NCBI RefSeq assembly: GCF_024521635.1
Contig: NW_026250422.1
Location: forward strand, 558,001 to 622,000
DNA length: 64,000 bases
DNA from: Tricharina praecox
Taxonomy: Eukaryota
Direction of reading: 5' to 3'
Shown here: positions 60,521 through 64,000 of the stretch, piece after piece
Layout of the letters: every line of letters starts with the position of its first letter
Position numbering within the stretch: the first letter of the stretch is position 1
Position numbers and translations under genes: made by a program
The notes under the pieces: generated by a model
Databases searched by the model: none
Told to the model about the DNA's origin: nothing
The model's input: only the letters and a program-made list of their open reading frames with translations

Positions 60521-62662
60521 ATGCCTGCCCAACAGAAGACCGGTTCGTACGCTCTTGCCTCAGCGCTCGCCCACACACCCAACCCCGCAGCAGATCCCCA
60601 TCCCAGTTCCCTCCATCAGAGTGAGCCGCCGCTGACGTATCGCCATCTCAGCCATCTTGTCCGTCTACAACAAGACTGGACTCTTGGATTTGGCAAAGGG
60701 ACTGTCGCAGAATGGAATTCGTCTCCTGGCCTCGGGCGGTACCGCCAAGTTGATTCGGGAAGCTGGAATGGAAGTTCTGTATGTTCTTATTATCCTCCTA
60801 CTCTTTCGGATTCCACGGTTGGATGTAGAAATAGTTGGGCCGTGTTAACAGACCTCTCTGTACAGCGATGTCAGCAGCATTACCCACGCTCCCGAGATGT
60901 TGGGCGGACGAGTGAAGACTCTTCACCCTTCGGTTCACGCCGGTTCGCACCCGCCCAGATGTTATGCACCAAACAAAGTTGACCTGTGAAGGCATCCTCG
61001 CCCGCAATCTGGAGTCCGACGAGAAGGACCTGGCCGAGCAGAACATCGACAAGGTTGACTATGTTGTCTGCAACTTGTACCCGTTCAAGGACACCATCAC
61101 CAAAATCAACGTGACCGTTGCCGAGGCTGTCGAGGAGATCGATATCGGTGGTGTTACTCTTCTCCGCGCGGCGGCCAAGAATCACTCCCGCGTCACCATC
61201 CTCTCCGACCCTGAGGATTACCCCAGTTTCTTGGAGGAGCTTAAGAAGGGTGAGGTTTCCGAGACCGCTCGCAAGATCTATGCCTTGAAGGCTTTCGAGC
61301 ACACTGCCGACTATGACTCCGCCATCTCCGAGTTTTTCCGCAAGCGGTACGCCGGTGACGGCGTCCAGCAGCTCACCCTGCGCTACGGAGCCAACCCCCA
61401 CCAGAAGCCCGCCCAGGCCTTCGTCAAGTCTGGAAAGCTTCCTTTCAAGGTCATCTGCGGATCCCCTGGATACATCAACCTTCTGGATGCCCTTAACTCG
61501 TGGGCGCTGGTAAAGGAGATGAAGGAGGCTCTGGGCCTCCCCGCTGCCGCTTCCTTCAAGCACGTTTCGCCCGCTGGTGCTTCCGTTGGATTGAAGCTGT
61601 CCGACGTCGAGAAGAAGCTGTGCTTCGTCGACGACATTGCGGGTCTTGATGAGAGCCTCTTGGCTTGTGCATACGCCCGTGCTCGTGGTGCCGACAGAAT
61701 GAGCAGCTTTGGCGACTGGATTGCTCTGAGCGACGAGGTTGATGTTGTTACGGCCAAGATCATCAGCCGTGAGGTTTCCGACGGAATCATTGCCCCTGCC
61801 TACTCGGCCGAGGCCCTTGAGATCCTGAAGAAGAAGAAGGGTGGCAGGTACACCGTTCTTCAGATGGATCCCAACTACGAGGTATAATCTGGCGAGTTCC
61901 GCAGCTCTTGCGAGGTACTAACGATGGCCTTCACAGCCCGCCCACAACGAGACTCGCCAGGTCTACGGCGTCTCACTCAACCAGGGACGCAACGACGTTA
62001 AGATTAGCGACAAGACCTTCTCCCGTGTCATCACCCCTGCCGGCGCCGAGCTCCCCAAGCAGGCGATCATCGACCTGGTCGTCGCTACCATCGCACTCAA
62101 GTACACCCAATCCAACTCTGTCTGCTTCGCCAAGAATGGCCAGGTCGTCGGACTCGGAGCCGGCCAGCAGTCGCGTATTCACTGCACCCGTCTTGCTGGT
62201 GACAAGGCCGACAACTGGTGGGCGAGACAGCACCCTAAGATCTTCGAGTTCAAGTGGAAGAAGGGAACCAAGCGCCCCGACAAGAGCAACGCTATCGACC
62301 TCTTTGTCACCGGACAGATCCCCGAGAAGGGTAGCATGGAGTGGGATCTCTACGCCGCCAACTTCGACGAGGTCCCTACGGAACTCACTGCGGAGGAGAA
62401 GAAGGCCTGGAAGAAGGAGCTGACCGACGTTGTTGTCTCCAGCGACGCATTCGTAAGTCACTATTTGTTTTATTGCAGAAATTATGGCTAACAGACGATG
62501 ATATAGTTCCCCTTCGTTGACAACATTTTCCGTGCTGCCGCCTCTGGTGTCAAGTACGCTGCCGCCCCCGGTGGATCGGTGAACGACCAGGCCGTTCACG
62601 ATGCCGCCGAGAAGTGTGGTATCACATTCGTGGAGCAGGAGACCCGTCTGTTCCATCACTAG
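60521..62662 (+). CDS. ADE17: bifunctional AICAR transformylase / IMP cyclohydrolase (Ade16/Ade17, PurH)
   Basis: [93 protein letters not shown]. Confidence 0.97.
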
Positions 62663-63326
62663 AGAAAAAAAATAGCGAACTTGTATTGTATTTCGTAGAT
62701 CTAGATTGTGATAAACGATGTTTTCAGGTCAAAGATGTTTGTGTGCTAGTGATAATGCTGTTTCGGTTGTCCGCTCGTATTATCTGATCCCTCACCATCG
62801 TCAGCCGGCCAGCTATCCAGACCTACAGAGAAGTCCTTGTAGCCCTCAATCTCACAGTTGAAGTGATCAGCGTCTAAAGCGCCTGCAGTCGAAGTTGTTC
62901 GGGTTGTCATTTTCTTCATGATTTTGGAAGTGATAGACTGCACTCTAGAGCAAGTGGGTAGTTCCCACTAGTTAGCGATTGGCCGGTCTTTACTCGAGAT
63001 TTCCCGTCAATAAGAAGCAGTTCCCACAGATGCCATTATTAGATGATAGATGCATTGTCGACTCTCGAGTGATGCAGCGAGAGCGCAGAGTTTCACCAGT
63101 TTGCTGACTTATTATGTAGCACCCTGCCGGCGGCGGGCCATTAAGTTTCGATGAGACTCCACATGGCTCACCATTACAAACGCTACGCATGGCACCCTGG
63201 AAGGAAGGGTAGGTATAAAACTTCCCTGGCGCGCTGCACTTAACCCCACCATTGCGGCTCTTTCACCCCACCATACATACATACACACACCTGCCTTCAG
63301 ATCGATCACCTTTGCGGAACGAAACG

Positions 63327-64000
63327 ATGCCGACGGAACTGGTAAACAACACTCGCCGAGAAGCTGGAGAAGCTGGAGAAGGAGGAGGGAAGGAGGGCTG
63401 ATACACTGCATGCGACAGGAAGAACTGGTGGGCTTTTTGGGCTCCCCACGGCCGGAGATTCGACAACTCGGTATGTTGTGGCATCATGATGCAAATGACC
63501 GCGGCAAGGAGCGCTGATGGAAAAAAAATCATTGCAGCGCTGGAGCATGCTGTCGGCTACAGCGCAGGTTCCCAGTCGAGTGTCTTCCTCGAGCCCGCTC
63601 TGAAACCTATACGCGATCTCAAAGTGATCGTGAACGACATTCCTGTGCGCTCCTCCCTCCCATATCTGCGCTGCGTCCTGGGTGGTTGGTTGCTGATTGC
63701 TGTGCTCGTCTGTCTCCAGCCCCGAGCAAAACACGCGCTCACGATCCTCGTAAACCTCAGTGACAAATCCGCGGTGCTGGAGTCGCTGATCAGCGACGCT
63801 CTTTTCCACCCGCTGCTGATCTCCAAGATCGTGTCTCAGTCGTACACCAATGCCGACCAGGCCTCGATGCTGCTCGCCAACATGACGAAGTCGGATTCGT
63901 TCTCGAAAAAACTTATCGACCTCCCGGCACTGGAGGGCGCCGAGGGCGGCGCTGCCTCCGTGCTCGACCAGCTCATGGACTGCTTCGTTAAGGGCACGAA
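63327..64000 (+). CDS. HGH1: Hgh1/FAM203 (DUF383) eEF2 chaperone, 5' part, truncated by the window end
   Basis: MPTEL|EELVGFLGSPRPEIRQL|ALEHAVGYS..LTILVNLS..ADQASMLLANMTKS..LDQLMDCFVKG. Confidence 0.88.

Overview
Gene-dense, intron-rich eukaryotic DNA from a filamentous ascomycete. This rests on GT-AG introns of about 50-150 nt with CTRAY branch sites and on fungal-type proteins; Pezizomycetes is only a guess. I can build about 25 protein-coding genes, mostly housekeeping. In order: a Brl1/Brr6 nuclear-envelope protein, RPS18, lunapark, a degenerate mitochondrial DEAD-box-like protein with a 13x perfect 18-bp repeat, guanine deaminase, NTE1, a DUF427 protein, ERG25, TRM1, a Cys-rich Crd2-type metallothionein-like protein, AP-2 alpha-adaptin, a PLP-homeostasis protein, an MscS channel, an SDR, an FGGY kinase, TAF4, ALG2, SEC61, VMA2, VMA1, SUI2, CCT8, PRE3, ADE16/17 and a partial HGH1. 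I saw no transposon, RNA gene, CRISPR array or secondary-metabolite cluster, and I cannot claim a clearly new biological system. The most notable observations are: (1) the V-ATPase A and B subunit genes sit adjacent in tandem; (2) gene neighbourhoods match S. cerevisiae (APL3 with YBL036C; SUI2/CCT8/PRE3); (3) a helicase has non-canonical catalytic motifs; (4) the splicing is unusual, with microexons (one carrying the proteasome beta1 catalytic Thr), GC donors, recurrent AAG acceptors and introns splitting start codons. All exon structures were inferred by hand and need RNA-seq confirmation.
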